Shown piece after piece: positions 29,471 through 40,633 of a stretch of DNA of 41,214 nt. The DNA comes from a virus. Taxonomy: Duplodnaviria > Heunggongvirae > Uroviricota > Caudoviricetes. The stretch lies in the IMG/VR virus record IMGVR_UViG_2565956710_000004; one strand, 5' to 3'. Numbering within the stretch: the stretch's first letter is position 1; the number at the start of each line of letters is the position of its first letter. The position numbers were made by a program, and so were the translations under genes. Below the pieces are notes generated by a model. The model made no database searches. It saw only the letters and a list, made by a program, of their open reading frames with translations, and had not been told where the DNA came from.

Positions 29471-32024
29471 ACCGGTAGGCGATCTGGTCGTTGATTTAAG
29501 TCTGGATGCGGCCAGATTTGACGAGCAGATGGCCAGAGTCAGGCGTCATTTTTCCGGTACGGAAAGTGATGCGAAAAAAACAGCGGCAGTCGTTGAACAG
29601 TCGCTGAGCCGACAGGCGCTGGCTGCACAGAAAGCGGGGATTTCCGTCGGGCAGTATAAAGCTGCCATGCGTATGCTGCCTGCGCAGTTCACTGACGTGG
29701 CCACGCAGCTTGCAGGCGGGCAAAGTCCGTGGCTGATCCTGCTGCAACAGGGTGGTCAGGTGAAGGACTCCTTCGGCGGGATGATCCCCATGTTCAGGGG
29801 GCTTGCCGGTGCGATCACCCTGCCGATGGTCGGGGCCACCTCGCTGGCGGTGGCGACCGGTGCGCTGGCGTATGCCTGGTATCAGGGCAACTCAACCCTG
29901 TCCGATTTCAACAAAACGCTGGTCCTTTCCGGCAATCAGTCGGGGCTGACGGCAGATCGCATGCTGGTCCTGTCCAGAGCCGGGCAGGCGGCAGGGCTGA
30001 CGTTTAACCAGACCAGCGAGTCACTCAGCGCACTGGTTAAGGCGGGGGTAAGCGGTGAGGCTCAGATTGCGTCCATCAGCCAGAGTGTGGCGCGTTTCTC
30101 CTCTGCATCCGGCGTGGAGGTGGACAAGGTCGCTGAAGCCTTCGGGAAGCTGACCACAGACCCGACGTCAGGGCTGACAGCGATGGCGCGTCAGTTCCAT
30201 AACGTGACGGCGGAGCAGATTGCGTATGTTGCTCAGTTGCAGCGTTCCGGCGATGAGGCCGGGGCATTGCAGGCGGCGAACGAGGCCGCAACGAAAGGAT
30301 TTGATGACCAGACCCGCCGCCTGAAAGAGAACATGGGCACGCTGGAGACCTGGGCAGACAGGACAGCACGGGCATTCAAATCCATGTGGGATGCGGTGCT
30401 GGATATTGGTCGTCCTGATACCGCGCAGGAGATGCTGATTAAGGCAGAGGCTGCGTTTAAGAAAGCAGACGACATCTGGAATCTGCGCAAGGATGATTAT
30501 TTTGTTAACGATGAAGCGCGGGCGCGTTACTGGGATGATCGTGAAAAGGCCCGTCTTGCGCTTGAAGCCGCCCGAAAGAAGGCTGAGCAGCAGACTCAAC
30601 AGGACAAAAATGCGCAGCAGCAGAGCGATACCGAAGCGTCACGGCTGAAATATACCGAAGAGGCGCAGAAGGCTTACGAACGCCTGCAGACGCCGCTGGA
30701 GAAATATACCGCCCGTCAGGAAGAACTGAATAAGGCACTGAAAGACGGAAAAATCCTGCAGGCAGATTACAACACGCTGATGGCGGCGGCGAAAAAGGAT
30801 TATGAAGCGACGCTGAAAAAGCCGAAACAGTCCGGCGTGAAGGTGTCTGCGGGCGATCGTCAGGAAGACAGTGCTCATGCGGCCCTGCTGACGCTTCAGG
30901 CAGAACTCCGGACGCTGGAGAAGCATGCCGGAGCGAATGAGAAAATCAGCCAGCAGCGCCGGGATTTATGGAAGGCGGAAAATCAGTTCGCGGTACTGGA
31001 GGAGGCGGCACAACGTCGCCAGCTGTCCGCACAGGAGAAATCCCTGCTGGCGCATAAAGATGAGACGCTGGAGTACAAACGCCAGCTGGCTGCACTTGGC
31101 GATAAGGTCACGTATCAGGAGCACCTGAACGCGCTGGCGCAGCAGGCGGATAAATTCGCACAGCAGCAACGGGCAAAACGGGCAGCCATTGATGCGAAAA
31201 GCCGGGGGGTGACTGACCGGCAGGCAGCGTGGGAAGCTACGGAACAGCGTCTGAAGGAACAGTATGGCGATAATCCGCTGGCGCTGAATAACGTCTTGTC
31301 AGAGCAGAAAAAGACCTGGGCGGCTGAAGACCAGCTTCGCGGGAGCTGGATGGCTGGCCTGAAGTCCGGCTGGAGCGAGTGGAAAGAGAGTGCCACGGAC
31401 AGTATGTCGCAGGTTAAAAGTGCTGCCACGCAGACCTTTGATGGTATTGCACAGAATATGGCGGCGATGCTGACCGGCAGTGAGCAGAACTGGCGAAGCT
31501 TCACCCGTTCCGTGCTGTCCATGATGACAGAAATTCTGCTTAAGCAGGCAATGGTGGGGATTGTCGGGAGTATCGGCAGCGCCATTGGCGGGGCTGTTGG
31601 TGGCGGCGCATCCGCGTCAGGCGGTACAGCCATTCAGGCCGCTGCGGCGAAATTCCATTTTGCAACCGGAGGATTTACGGGAACCGGCGGCAAATATGAG
31701 CCAGCGGGGATTGTTCACCGTGGTGAATTTGTCTTCACGAAGGAGGCAACCAGTCGGATTGGCGTGGGGAATCTCTACCGGCTTATGCGCGGCTATGCCA
31801 CCGGTGGTTATGTCGGTACACCGGGCAGCATGGCGGACAGCCGGTCGCAGGCGTCCGGGAAGTTTGAGCAGAATAACCATGTGGTGATTAACAACGACGG
31901 CACGAACGGTCAGATAGGGCCACAGGCGCTGAAGGCTGTTTATGACGTAGCCCGTAAGGCGGCAATGGATGTTGTGACCGGGCAGATGCGCGATGGTGGT
32001 CTGTTCTCCGGAGGTGGACGATGA
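29463..32024 (+). CDS. H: Tail tape measure protein H
   Basis: 853 aa, lambda gpH length and sequence. Confidence 0.95.
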   Translation: MAEPVGDLVVDLSLDAARFDEQMARVRRHFSGTESDAKKTAAVVEQSLSRQALAAQKAGISVGQYKAAMRMLPAQFTDVATQLAGGQSPWLILLQQGGQVKDSFGGMIPMFRGLAGAITLPMVGATSLAVATGALAYAWYQGNSTLSDFNKTLVLSGNQSGLTADRMLVLSRAGQAAGLTFNQTSESLSALVKAGVSGEAQIASISQSVARFSSASGVEVDKVAEAFGKLTTDPTSGLTAMARQFHNVTAEQIAYVAQLQRSGDEAGALQAANEAATKGFDDQTRRLKENMGTLETWADRTARAFKSMWDAVLDIGRPDTAQEMLIKAEAAFKKADDIWNLRKDDYFVNDEARARYWDDREKARLALEAARKKAEQQTQQDKNAQQQSDTEASRLKYTEEAQKAYERLQTPLEKYTARQEELNKALKDGKILQADYNTLMAAAKKDYEATLKKPKQSGVKVSAGDRQEDSAHAALLTLQAELRTLEKHAGANEKISQQRRDLWKAENQFAVLEEAAQRRQLSAQEKSLLAHKDETLEYKRQLAALGDKVTYQEHLNALAQQADKFAQQQRAKRAAIDAKSRGVTDRQAAWEATEQRLKEQYGDNPLALNNVLSEQKKTWAAEDQLRGSWMAGLKSGWSEWKESATDSMSQVKSAATQTFDGIAQNMAAMLTGSEQNWRSFTRSVLSMMTEILLKQAMVGIVGSIGSAIGGAVGGGASASGGTAIQAAAAKFHFATGGFTGTGGKYEPAGIVHRGEFVFTKEATSRIGVGNLYRLMRGYATGGYVGTPGSMADSRSQASGKFEQNNHVVINNDGTNGQIGPQALKAVYDVARKAAMDVVTGQMRDGGLFSGGGR

Positions 32025-32350
32025 AAACCTTCCGCTGGAAAGTGAAACCCGGTATGGATGTGGCTTCGGCCCCTTCCGTAAGAAAGGTGCGCTTTGGTGA
32101 TGGCTATTCCCAGCGAGCGCCTGCCGGGCTGAACACTGACCTGAAAACGTACAGCGTGACGCTTTCTGTTCCCCGTTGGGAGGCCGCGGCGCTGGAGTCG
32201 TTTCTGGCTGAGCACGGGGGCTGGAAGGCCTTTCTGTGGACGCCGCCTTATGGCTACCGGCAGATAAAGGTGACCTGCGCAAAATGGTCGTCGCGGGTCA
32301 GTATGTCGCGTGTTGAGTTCAGCGCAGAGTTTGAACAGGTGGTGAACTGA
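32021..32350 (+). CDS. M: Minor tail protein M
   Basis: 109 aa, lambda gpM. Confidence 0.9.
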   Translation: MKTFRWKVKPGMDVASAPSVRKVRFGDGYSQRAPAGLNTDLKTYSVTLSVPRWEAAALESFLAEHGGWKAFLWTPPYGYRQIKVTCAKWSSRVSMSRVEFSAEFEQVVN

Positions 32351-33048
32351 TGCAGGATATCCGGCAGGAAACACTGAATGAATGCACCCGTGCGGAGCAG
32401 TCGGCCAGCGTGGTGCTCTGGGAAATCGACCTGACAGAGGTCGGTGGAGAACGTTATTTTTTCTGTAATGAGCAGAACGAAAAAGGTGAGCCGGTCACCT
32501 GGCAGGGGCGACAGTATCAGCCGTATCCCATTCAGGGGAGCGGTTTTGAACTGAATGGCAAAGGCACCAGTACGCGCCCCACGCTGACGGTTTCTAACCT
32601 GTACGGTATGGTCACCGGGATGGCGGAAGATCTGCAGAGTCTGGTCGGCGGAACGGTGGTCCGGCGTAAGGTTTACGCCCGTTTTCTGGATGCGGTGAAC
32701 TTCGTCAACGGAAACAGTTATGCCGATCCGGAGCAGGAGGTGATCAGCCGCTGGCGCATTGAGCAGTGCAGCGAACTGAGCGCGGTGAGTGCCTCCTTTG
32801 TACTGTCCACGCCGACGGAAACGGATGGCGCTGTTTTTCCGGGACGTATCATGCTGGCCAACACCTGCACCTGGACCTATCGCGGTGACGAGTGCGGTTA
32901 TAGCGGTCCGGCTGTCGCGGATGAATATGACCAGCCAACGTCCGATATCACGAAGGATAAATGCAGCAAATGCCTGAGCGGTTGTAAGTTCCGCAATAAC
33001 GTCGGCAACTTTGGCGGCTTCCTTTCCATTAACAAACTTTCGCAGTAA
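32350..33048 (+). CDS. L: Minor tail protein L
   Basis: 232 aa, lambda gpL. Confidence 0.9.
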   Translation: MQDIRQETLNECTRAEQSASVVLWEIDLTEVGGERYFFCNEQNEKGEPVTWQGRQYQPYPIQGSGFELNGKGTSTRPTLTVSNLYGMVTGMAEDLQSLVGGTVVRRKVYARFLDAVNFVNGNSYADPEQEVISRWRIEQCSELSAVSASFVLSTPTETDGAVFPGRIMLANTCTWTYRGDECGYSGPAVADEYDQPTSDITKDKCSKCLSGCKFRNNVGNFGGFLSINKLSQ

Positions 33049-33052
33049 TCCC

Positions 33053-33796
33053 ATGACACAGACAGAATCAGCGATTCTGGCGCACGCCCGGCGATGTGCG
33101 CCAGCGGAGTCGTGTGGCTTCGTGGTGAGAACGCCGAAGGGGGAAAGATATTTTCCCTGCGTGAATATCTCCGGTGAGCCGGAGGCGTATTTCCGGATGT
33201 CGCCGGAGGACTGGCTGCGGGCAGAGATGCAGGGTGAGATTGTGGCGCTGGTCCACAGCCACCCCGGTGGTCTGCCCTGGCTGAGTGAGGCTGACAGGCG
33301 GCTGCAGGTGCAGAGCGATTTGCCGTGGTGGCTGGTCTGCCGGGGTGAGATTCATAAATTCCGCTGTGTGCCGCATCTTACCGGGCGGCGCTTTGAGCAC
33401 GGGGTGACGGACTGTTACACGCTGTTCCGGGATGCTTATCATCTGGCGGGGATTGAGATGCCGGATTTTCATCGCGGGGATGACTGGTGGCGTCACGGTC
33501 AGAATCTCTATCTGGATAATCTGGAGGCCACAGGGCTGTATCAGGTGCCGTTGTCATCAGCACAACCGGGCGATGTGCTGCTGTGCTGTTTTGGTTCATC
33601 GGTGCCGAATCATGCCGCCATTTACTGTGGTGATGGCGAGCTGCTGCACCATATTCCTGAACAACTGAGCAAACGAGAGAGGTATACCGACAAATGGCAG
33701 CGACGCACACACTCCCTCTGGCGTCACCGGGCATGGCGCGCATCTGCCTTTACGGGGATTTACAACGATTTGGCCGCCGCATCGACCTTCGTGTGA
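33053..33796 (+). CDS. K: Tail assembly protein K (NlpC/P60-like)
   Basis: ATG 33053 (MTQTESAILAHARRCAPAESCGFVV...), lambda gpK. The classical 199-aa lambda annotation begins at the internal Met (about 33197). Confidence 0.9.
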   Translation: MTQTESAILAHARRCAPAESCGFVVRTPKGERYFPCVNISGEPEAYFRMSPEDWLRAEMQGEIVALVHSHPGGLPWLSEADRRLQVQSDLPWWLVCRGEIHKFRCVPHLTGRRFEHGVTDCYTLFRDAYHLAGIEMPDFHRGDDWWRHGQNLYLDNLEATGLYQVPLSSAQPGDVLLCCFGSSVPNHAAIYCGDGELLHHIPEQLSKRERYTDKWQRRTHSLWRHRAWRASAFTGIYNDLAAASTFV

Positions 33797-34365
33797 AAAC
33801 GGGGGCTGAAGCCATCCGGGCGCTGGCCACACAGCTCCCGGCGTTTCGTCAGAAACTGAGCGACGGCTGGTATCAGGTACGGATTGCCGGGCGGGACGTC
33901 AGCACGTCCGGATTGACGGCGCAGTTACATGAGGTTCTGCCTGACGGCGCTGTGATTCATATTGTTCCCAGAGTCGCCGGGGCCAAGTCAGGGGGCGTAT
34001 TCCAGATTGTTCTGGGGGCTACCGCCATTGCCGGATCATTCTTTACTGCCGGAGCCACCCTTGCAGCATGGGGGGCAGCCATTGGGGCCGGTGGTATGAC
34101 CGGTATCCTGTTTTCTCTCGGTGCCAGTATGGTACTTGGTGGTGTGGCGCAGATGCTGGCACCGAAAGCTAGAACTCCCCGTACACAGACAACGGATAAC
34201 GGTAAGCAGAACACCTATTTCTCCTCACTGGATAACATGGTTGCCCAGGGCAATGTTCTGCCTGTTCTGTACGGTGAAATGCGCGTGGGGTCGCGGGTGG
34301 CTTCTCAGGAGATCAGCACGGCAGACGAGGGGGACGGTGGTCAGGTTGTGGTGATTGGTCGTTGA
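33694..34365 (+). CDS. I: Tail assembly protein I
   Basis: 223 aa MAATHTLPLASPGMARICLYGDLQRFGRRIDLRVK..., lambda gpI; overlaps K as in lambda. Confidence 0.9.
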   Translation: MAATHTLPLASPGMARICLYGDLQRFGRRIDLRVKTGAEAIRALATQLPAFRQKLSDGWYQVRIAGRDVSTSGLTAQLHEVLPDGAVIHIVPRVAGAKSGGVFQIVLGATAIAGSFFTAGATLAAWGAAIGAGGMTGILFSLGASMVLGGVAQMLAPKARTPRTQTTDNGKQNTYFSSLDNMVAQGNVLPVLYGEMRVGSRVASQEISTADEGDGGQVVVIGR

Positions 34366-34425
34366 TGAAAAACGTTTTATGTGAAACCGCCTCAGGGCGG
34401 TTTTGTCGTTTCTGGAGCGTGAGGA

Positions 34426-37400
34426 ATGGGTAAAGGCAGCAGTAAGGGGCATACCCCGCGCGAAGCGAAGGACAACCTGAAATCATCCCAGATGCTGAGC
34501 GTGATAGACGCCATCAGTGAAGGGCCGATTGAAGGTCCGGTGGACGGATTAAAAAGTGTGCTGCTGAACAGTACGCCAGTGCTGGACAGTGAGGGGAATA
34601 CCAATATCTCCGGTGTCACGGTGGTTTTCCGGGCAGGTGAGCAGGAGCAGACACCGCCGGAGGGATTTGAATCCTCCGGCTCCGAGACGGTGCTGGGTAC
34701 GGAAGTGAAGTACGACACGCCGATTACCCGGACCATCACGTCTGCAAACATCGACCGTCTGCGCTTTACCTTCGGTGTGCAGGCACTGGTGGAAACCACC
34801 TCAAAGGGGGACCGGAATCCGTCGGAAGTCCGCCTGCTGGTTCAGATACAGCGTAACGGTGGCTGGGTGACGGAAAAAGACATCACCATTAAAGGCAAAA
34901 CCACCTCACAGTATCTGGCCTCGGTGGTGGTGGGTAACCTGCCGCCGCGCCCGTTCAATATCCGGATGCGCAGGATGACGCCGGACAGCACCACAGACCA
35001 GCTGCAGAACAAAACGCTCTGGTCGTCATACACCGAAATCATCGATGTGAAACAGTGCTACCCGAACACGGCACTGGTCGGCGTACAGGTGGATTCGGAG
35101 CAGTTCGGCAGCCAGCAGGTGAGCCGTAATTATCATCTGCGCGGGCGTATTCTGCAGGTGCCGTCGAACTATAACCCGCAGACGCGGCAATACAGCGGTA
35201 TCTGGGACGGAACGTTTAAGCCAGCATACAGCAATAACATGGCCTGGTGTCTGTGGGATATGCTGACCCATCCACGCTACGGCATGGGGAAACGTCTTGG
35301 TGCGGCGGATGTGGACAAATGGGCGCTGTATGTCATCGGCCAGTACTGCGACCAGTCAGTGCCGGACGGCTTTGGCGGCACGGAGCCGCGCATCACCTGT
35401 AATGCGTACCTGACCACACAGCGCAAGGCGTGGGATGTGCTCAGTGATTTCTGCTCGGCGATGCGCTGTATGCCGGTATGGAACGGGCAGACGCTGACGT
35501 TCGTGCAGGACCGACCGTCGGATAAGGTGTGGACCTATAACCGCAGTAATGTGGTGATGCCGGATGATGGCGCGCCGTTCCGCTACAGTTTCAGCGCCCT
35601 GAAAGACCGCCATAATGCCGTTGAGGTGAACTGGATTGACCCGAACAACGGCTGGGAGACGGCGACAGAGCTTGTGGAGGATACGCAGGCCATTGCCCGT
35701 TACGGTCGTAACGTCACGAAGATGGATGCTTTTGGCTGTACCAGCCGGGGGCAGGCACACCGCGCCGGGCTGTGGCTGATTAAAACAGAACTGCTGGAAA
35801 CGCAGACCGTGGACTTCTGCGTGGGCGCAGAAGGGCTTCGCCATGTGCCGGGCGATGTCATTGAAATCTGTGATGATGACTATGCCGGTATCAGCATCGG
35901 CGGGCGCGTGCTGGCGGTAAACAGCCAGACCCGGACGCTGACGCTCGACCGTGAAATCACGCTGCCATCCTCCGGTACCACGCTGATAAGCCTGGTTGAC
36001 GGAAGTGGCAATCCGATCAGCGTGGAGGTTCAGTCCGTCACCGACGGCGTGAAGGTGAAAGTGAGCCGTGTTCCTGACGGTGTTGCTGAATACAGCGTGT
36101 GGGGGCTGAAGCTGCCGACGCTGCGCCAGCGCCTGTTCCGCTGCGTGAGTATCCGTGAGAACGACGACGGCACGTATGCCATCACCGCCGTGCAGCATGT
36201 ACCGGAAAAAGAGGCCATCGTGGATAACGGGGCGTACTTTGACGGCGACCAGAGCGGCACGGTGAATGGTGTCACGCCGCCAGCGGTGCAGCACCTGACC
36301 GCCGAAGTCACCGCAGACAGCGGGGAATATCAGGTGCTGGCGCGCTGGGACACGCCGAAGGTGGTGAAGGGCGTGAGCTTCCTGCTCCGTCTGACCGTAA
36401 CAGCGGATGACGGCAGTGAGCGGCTGGTCAGCACGGCCCGGACGACGGAAACCACATACCGCTTCAGGCAACTGGCGCTGGGGAACTACAGGCTGACAGT
36501 CCGGGCGGTAAATGCGTGGGGGCAGCAGGGCGATCCGGCGTCGGTATCGTTCCGGATTGCCGCACCGGCAGCACCGTCGAGGATTGAGCTGACGCCGGGC
36601 TATTTTCAGATAACCGCCACGCCGCATCTTGCCGTTTATGACCCGACGGTACAGTTTGAGTTCTGGTTCTCGGAAAAGCGGATTACCGATATCAGGCAGG
36701 TTGAAACCACAGCCCGCTATCTTGGTACGGCGCTGTACTGGATAGCCGCCAGTATCAATATCAAACCGGGCCATGATTATTACTTTTATATCCGCAGTGT
36801 GAACACCGTTGGCAAATCGGCATTCGTGGAGGCCGTCGGTCGGGCGAGCGATGATGCGGAAGGTTACCTGGATTTTTTCAAAGGCAAGATAACCGAATCC
36901 CATCTCGGCAAGGAGCTGCTGGAAAAAGTCGAGCTGACGGAGGATAACGCCAGCAGACTGGAGGAGTTTTCGAAAGAGTGGAAGGACGCCAACGATAAGT
37001 GGAATGCCATGTGGGGCGTCAAAATTGAGCAGACCAAAGACGGCAAACATTATGTCGCGGGTATTGGCCTCAGCATGGAGGACACGGAGGAAGGCAAACT
37101 GAGTCAGTTTCTGGTTGCCGCTAACCGTATCGCATTTATTGACCCGGCAAACGGGAATGAAACGCCGATGTTTGTGGCGCAGGGCAATCAGATATTCATG
37201 AACGACGTGTTCCTGAAGCGCCTGACGGCCCCCACCATTACCAGTGGTGGCAGTCCTCCGGTATTTTCCCTGACATCAGACGGAAAGCTGACCGCTAAAA
37301 ATGCGGATATCAGTGGCAGTGTGAATGCGAACGCCGGGACGCTCAACAATGTCACGGTAAATGAAAACTGTACGATTAAGGGCATGCTGGAGGCGACTCA

Positions 37401-37839
37401 GGTCAGAGGTGACTTCGTTAAAGCTGTATCCAAATCATTTCCGAAACAGGCTGGTACGTGGGGTAACACGGAAACACCAAACGGGACGGTTACAGTCACC
37501 ATCAGCGATGATCATAACTTTGACCGTCAAATCATTATTCCGCCCATTATCTTTAACGGAATAGCGTATAGCGATCCGGGAAGTGGTAATAACCCGGGAG
37601 GTACAAGATACACGGGTTATGGTTTTGAAGTTCGCAAAAACGGTGTATTAATCGCATCCAGAGAAACTAAAGGGGCCATTCCCGGTAGCTACAGTGCGGT
37701 TATTGATATGCCGAGTGGCAGGGGAAGCGTCACTCTGGAGTTTAAGGTTTTCCATAAAGGCAATCAGTGGGCAGGTAATATCACCGACTGTACGGTGATT
37801 GTGACCAAAAAAGCCGCTTCCGGCATCAGTATTCGTTGA
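34426..37839 (+). CDS. J: Tail tip attachment protein J (central tail fibre) with divergent C-terminal receptor-binding domain
   Basis: 1137 aa; residues 1 to about 980 track lambda gpJ closely ([20 protein letters not shown]...), while the last about 150 aa are homologous in outline but substantially substituted. Confidence 0.9.
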   Translation: MGKGSSKGHTPREAKDNLKSSQMLSVIDAISEGPIEGPVDGLKSVLLNSTPVLDSEGNTNISGVTVVFRAGEQEQTPPEGFESSGSETVLGTEVKYDTPITRTITSANIDRLRFTFGVQALVETTSKGDRNPSEVRLLVQIQRNGGWVTEKDITIKGKTTSQYLASVVVGNLPPRPFNIRMRRMTPDSTTDQLQNKTLWSSYTEIIDVKQCYPNTALVGVQVDSEQFGSQQVSRNYHLRGRILQVPSNYNPQTRQYSGIWDGTFKPAYSNNMAWCLWDMLTHPRYGMGKRLGAADVDKWALYVIGQYCDQSVPDGFGGTEPRITCNAYLTTQRKAWDVLSDFCSAMRCMPVWNGQTLTFVQDRPSDKVWTYNRSNVVMPDDGAPFRYSFSALKDRHNAVEVNWIDPNNGWETATELVEDTQAIARYGRNVTKMDAFGCTSRGQAHRAGLWLIKTELLETQTVDFCVGAEGLRHVPGDVIEICDDDYAGISIGGRVLAVNSQTRTLTLDREITLPSSGTTLISLVDGSGNPISVEVQSVTDGVKVKVSRVPDGVAEYSVWGLKLPTLRQRLFRCVSIRENDDGTYAITAVQHVPEKEAIVDNGAYFDGDQSGTVNGVTPPAVQHLTAEVTADSGEYQVLARWDTPKVVKGVSFLLRLTVTADDGSERLVSTARTTETTYRFRQLALGNYRLTVRAVNAWGQQGDPASVSFRIAAPAAPSRIELTPGYFQITATPHLAVYDPTVQFEFWFSEKRITDIRQVETTARYLGTALYWIAASINIKPGHDYYFYIRSVNTVGKSAFVEAVGRASDDAEGYLDFFKGKITESHLGKELLEKVELTEDNASRLEEFSKEWKDANDKWNAMWGVKIEQTKDGKHYVAGIGLSMEDTEEGKLSQFLVAANRIAFIDPANGNETPMFVAQGNQIFMNDVFLKRLTAPTITSGGSPPVFSLTSDGKLTAKNADISGSVNANAGTLNNVTVNENCTIKGMLEATQVRGDFVKAVSKSFPKQAGTWGNTETPNGTVTVTISDDHNFDRQIIIPPIIFNGIAYSDPGSGNNPGGTRYTGYGFEVRKNGVLIASRETKGAIPGSYSAVIDMPSGRGSVTLEFKVFHKGNQWAGNITDCTVIVTKKAASGISIR

Positions 37840-37860
37840 AATTGTTATAACCCATATAAG

Positions 37861-37884
37861 GGCACCAGAAATGGTGCCTTTTTT
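37861..37884 (+). terminator. Rho-independent terminator after J
   Basis: Stem GGCACC / GGTGCC, loop AGAAAT, then TTTTTTATT. Confidence 0.6.
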
Positions 37885-37908
37885 ATTGCAGAAAAGCGAG
37901 AGGTAATT

Positions 37909-38508
37909 ATGCGTAAACTTTATGCCGCCATTTTGTCCGCAGCCATTTGTCTGGCCGTATCCGGTGCGCCTGCATGGGCATCTGAACATCAGTCCACGCT
38001 GAGCGCGGGGTATCTTCATGCCTCGACGAACGTTCCCGGCAGCGATGATCTTAACGGGATTAACGTGAAATACCGTTATGAGTTTACGGACACACTGGGG
38101 CTGGTGACGTCATTCAGCTATGCAGGAGACAAGAATCGCCAGCTTACCCGTTACAGCGATACCCGCTGGCATGAAGATTCCGTGCGTAACCGCTGGTTCA
38201 GCGTGATGGTGGGGCCGTCTGTGCGCGTGAATGAATGGTTCAGCGCGTATGCGATGGCGGGTATGGCTTACAGCCGTGTGTCGACTTTCTCCGGGGATTA
38301 TCTCCGCGTAACTGACAACAAGGGGAAAACGCACGACGTGCTGACCGGAAGTGATGACGGTCGCCACAGCAACACGTCTCTGGCGTGGGGAGCTGGCGTG
38401 CAGTTTAACCCGACCGAATCCGTGGCCATTGATATTGCTTATGAAGGCTCCGGCAGTGGCGACTGGCGCACTGACGGTTTCATCGTGGGTGTCGGTTATA
38501 AGTTCTGA
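37909..38508 (+). CDS. lom: Lom outer-membrane protein (Ail/Lom family)
   Basis: 199 aa with signal peptide; C-terminal ...[27 protein letters not shown] is identical to the lambda Lom C-terminus; interior diverged. Confidence 0.85.
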
Positions 38509-38532
38509 TTAGCCAGGTAACACAGTGTTATG

Positions 38533-38560
38533 ACAGCCCGCCGGTTCAGGCGGGCTTTTT
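38533..38560 (+). terminator. Rho-independent terminator after lom
   Basis: Stem AGCCCGCC / GGCGGGCT, loop GGTTCA, followed by TTTTTT. Confidence 0.7.
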
Positions 38561-38572
38561 TGTGGGGTGAAT

Positions 38573-40633
38573 ATGGCAGTAAAGATTTCAGGTGTACTGA
38601 AAGACGGCACAGGAAAACCGGTACAGAACTGCACAATCCAGCTGAAAGCAAAACGTAACAGCACCACAGTTGTGGTGAACACGGTGGCCTCAGAAAATCC
38701 GGATGAAGCCGGACGTTACAGCATGGATGTTGAGTATGGCCAGTACAGCGTCGCCCTGCTGGTTGAAGGTTTTCCGCCTTCACATGCCGGGACCATCACC
38801 GTGTATGAGGATTCTAAGCCGGGGACATTGAATGATTTTCTGGGCGCTGCAACAGAAGATGATGTTTGTCCGGAGGCACTGTATCGTTTTGAAAAGATGG
38901 TGGAAGAGGCGGCACGCAACGCTGAAGCCGCCTCTCAGAGCGCAGCGGCAGCAAAGAAATCAGAAACAGCAGCGGCATCGTCCAGGAACGCGGCGAAAAC
39001 ATCAGAGACGAATGCAGGTAACAGCGCGAAAGCGGCAGCTTCTTCAAAAACAGCCGCACAAAACGCAGCAACAGCGGCAGAACGTTCAGAGACAAATGCC
39101 CGTGCGTCAGAAGAAGCCTCCGCAGACAGTGAAGAGGCTTCCCGCCGTAATGCAGAGTCAGCCGCTGAAAATGCCGGAGTCGCCACCACAAAAGCGCGGG
39201 AGGCCGCAGCAGACGCAACAAAGGCCGGGCAGAAAAAGGATGAGGCTCTGTCGGCAGCGACACGAGCTGAAAAGGCGGCAGACCGCGCAGAAGCCGCAGC
39301 GGAAGTGACTGCAGAGCCCTGTGCGAATATAGTGCCGCCGCTGCCTGATGTGTGGATACCGTTTAACGATTCACTGGATATGATTGCGGGTTTTTCTCCG
39401 GGCTATAAAAAAATAGCTATTGGTGACGATGTGGTTCAGGTCGCCAGTGATAAACAGGTTAATTTCAGTCGCGCATCAACGGCAACATATATCAACAAAT
39501 CTGGCGAACTGAAAACGGCGGAAATTAATGAGCCGCGATTTGAGTGTGATGGCCTGCTTATTGAGGGACAAAGAACGAACTACATGCTCAATTCGGAAAG
39601 TCCAGCCAGCTGGGGGAAGTCATCAAACATGGATGTGCCCGAAACCGGGACGGATAGTTTTGGTTTTACTTATGGAAAGTTTGTCTGCAACGATTCTCTG
39701 GTTGGGCAAACTTCGGCTATTAATATGGCATCAATTGCTGCAACAAAGTCAGTTGATGTCTCAGGCGATAACAAGTACGTGACAACCTCATGCCGTTTTA
39801 AAACAGAACGACAGGTAAGGTTACGTATACGGTTTGATAAGTATGATGGTAGTGCAACAACTTTTCTTGGCGATGCGTACATTGATACGCAAACGCTTGA
39901 AATTAGTATGACAGGTGGTGCTGCCGGCAGAATTACGGCACGAGTCAGGAAGGATAAGACCACGGGCTGGATTTTTGCAGAGGCAACGATTCAGGCAATT
40001 GATGGTGAGTTAAAAATAGGCTCTCAGATACAGTATTCTCCTGGGCAGGGTGGGGCAACAGTATCTGGTGACTATATTTATCTTGCCACCCCACAAGTAG
40101 AGAATGGGCCGTGTGTATCATCATTTATTATTTCAGGAGGCAGCGCAACGACAAGAGCCAGTGATTTGGTTAGTATCCCCACCAGAAATAATCTTTATAA
40201 GTTACCATTTACTTTTTTACTTGAGATTCATAAAAACTGGGATATTGCACCAAACGCCGCACCCCGCGTGTGGGATATAGCAGCAGCCAATACCGGGCAA
40301 TCAGCAATTGCAGCAATCAACAGAGGTAGTGGTAAGTTATATATGAGTCTGTCAAACCCTTCAGGCTCGTATGTTAATAGCGCAGCGACAGATGTATTTG
40401 CAGAGAAAACCACATTTGGATGTATTGCAAAAGCTGATGGTCACTTTCATGTGGTGACAAATGGTAAAGCGGTTAATGAAGTTTATTGTGAATATAATGG
40501 CGTGACCGCTGATAAAAATATCCGATTTGGAGGGCAGACGAATACTGGAGAACGACATCTGTTTGGCCATATTCGCAATTTCCGCATATGGCATAAAGAA
40601 TTAAATGACAGGCAATTAAAAGAGGTCGTATGA
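38573..40633 (+). CDS. stf: Side tail fibre protein Stf (lambda-like N-terminus, different distal domain)
   Basis: N-terminal about 100 aa MAVKISGVLKDGTGKPVQNCTIQLKAKRNSTTVVVNTVASENPDEAGRYSMDVEYGQYSV... match lambda Stf; then an Ala/Ser/Glu-rich low-complexity shaft and an unrelated C-terminal about 380 aa. Confidence 0.8.
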   Translation: MAVKISGVLKDGTGKPVQNCTIQLKAKRNSTTVVVNTVASENPDEAGRYSMDVEYGQYSVALLVEGFPPSHAGTITVYEDSKPGTLNDFLGAATEDDVCPEALYRFEKMVEEAARNAEAASQSAAAAKKSETAAASSRNAAKTSETNAGNSAKAAASSKTAAQNAATAAERSETNARASEEASADSEEASRRNAESAAENAGVATTKAREAAADATKAGQKKDEALSAATRAEKAADRAEAAAEVTAEPCANIVPPLPDVWIPFNDSLDMIAGFSPGYKKIAIGDDVVQVASDKQVNFSRASTATYINKSGELKTAEINEPRFECDGLLIEGQRTNYMLNSESPASWGKSSNMDVPETGTDSFGFTYGKFVCNDSLVGQTSAINMASIAATKSVDVSGDNKYVTTSCRFKTERQVRLRIRFDKYDGSATTFLGDAYIDTQTLEISMTGGAAGRITARVRKDKTTGWIFAEATIQAIDGELKIGSQIQYSPGQGGATVSGDYIYLATPQVENGPCVSSFIISGGSATTRASDLVSIPTRNNLYKLPFTFLLEIHKNWDIAPNAAPRVWDIAAANTGQSAIAAINRGSGKLYMSLSNPSGSYVNSAATDVFAEKTTFGCIAKADGHFHVVTNGKAVNEVYCEYNGVTADKNIRFGGQTNTGERHLFGHIRNFRIWHKELNDRQLKEVV

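Noticed and set aside
31617-33054. Several 140-270 aa minus-strand ORFs across H, M and L
   Set aside because: All antisense to lambda-identical tail genes; composition artefacts.
35356-37050. 564-aa minus-strand ORF inside J
   Set aside because: Antisense to a gene that matches lambda J residue for residue; long stop-free antisense frames are expected in GC-rich coding DNA. No start context or independent support.
38880-39310. Highly repetitive Ala/Ser/Glu-rich sequence
   Set aside because: It is the in-frame low-complexity shaft of the side tail fibre protein, not a non-coding repeat element.
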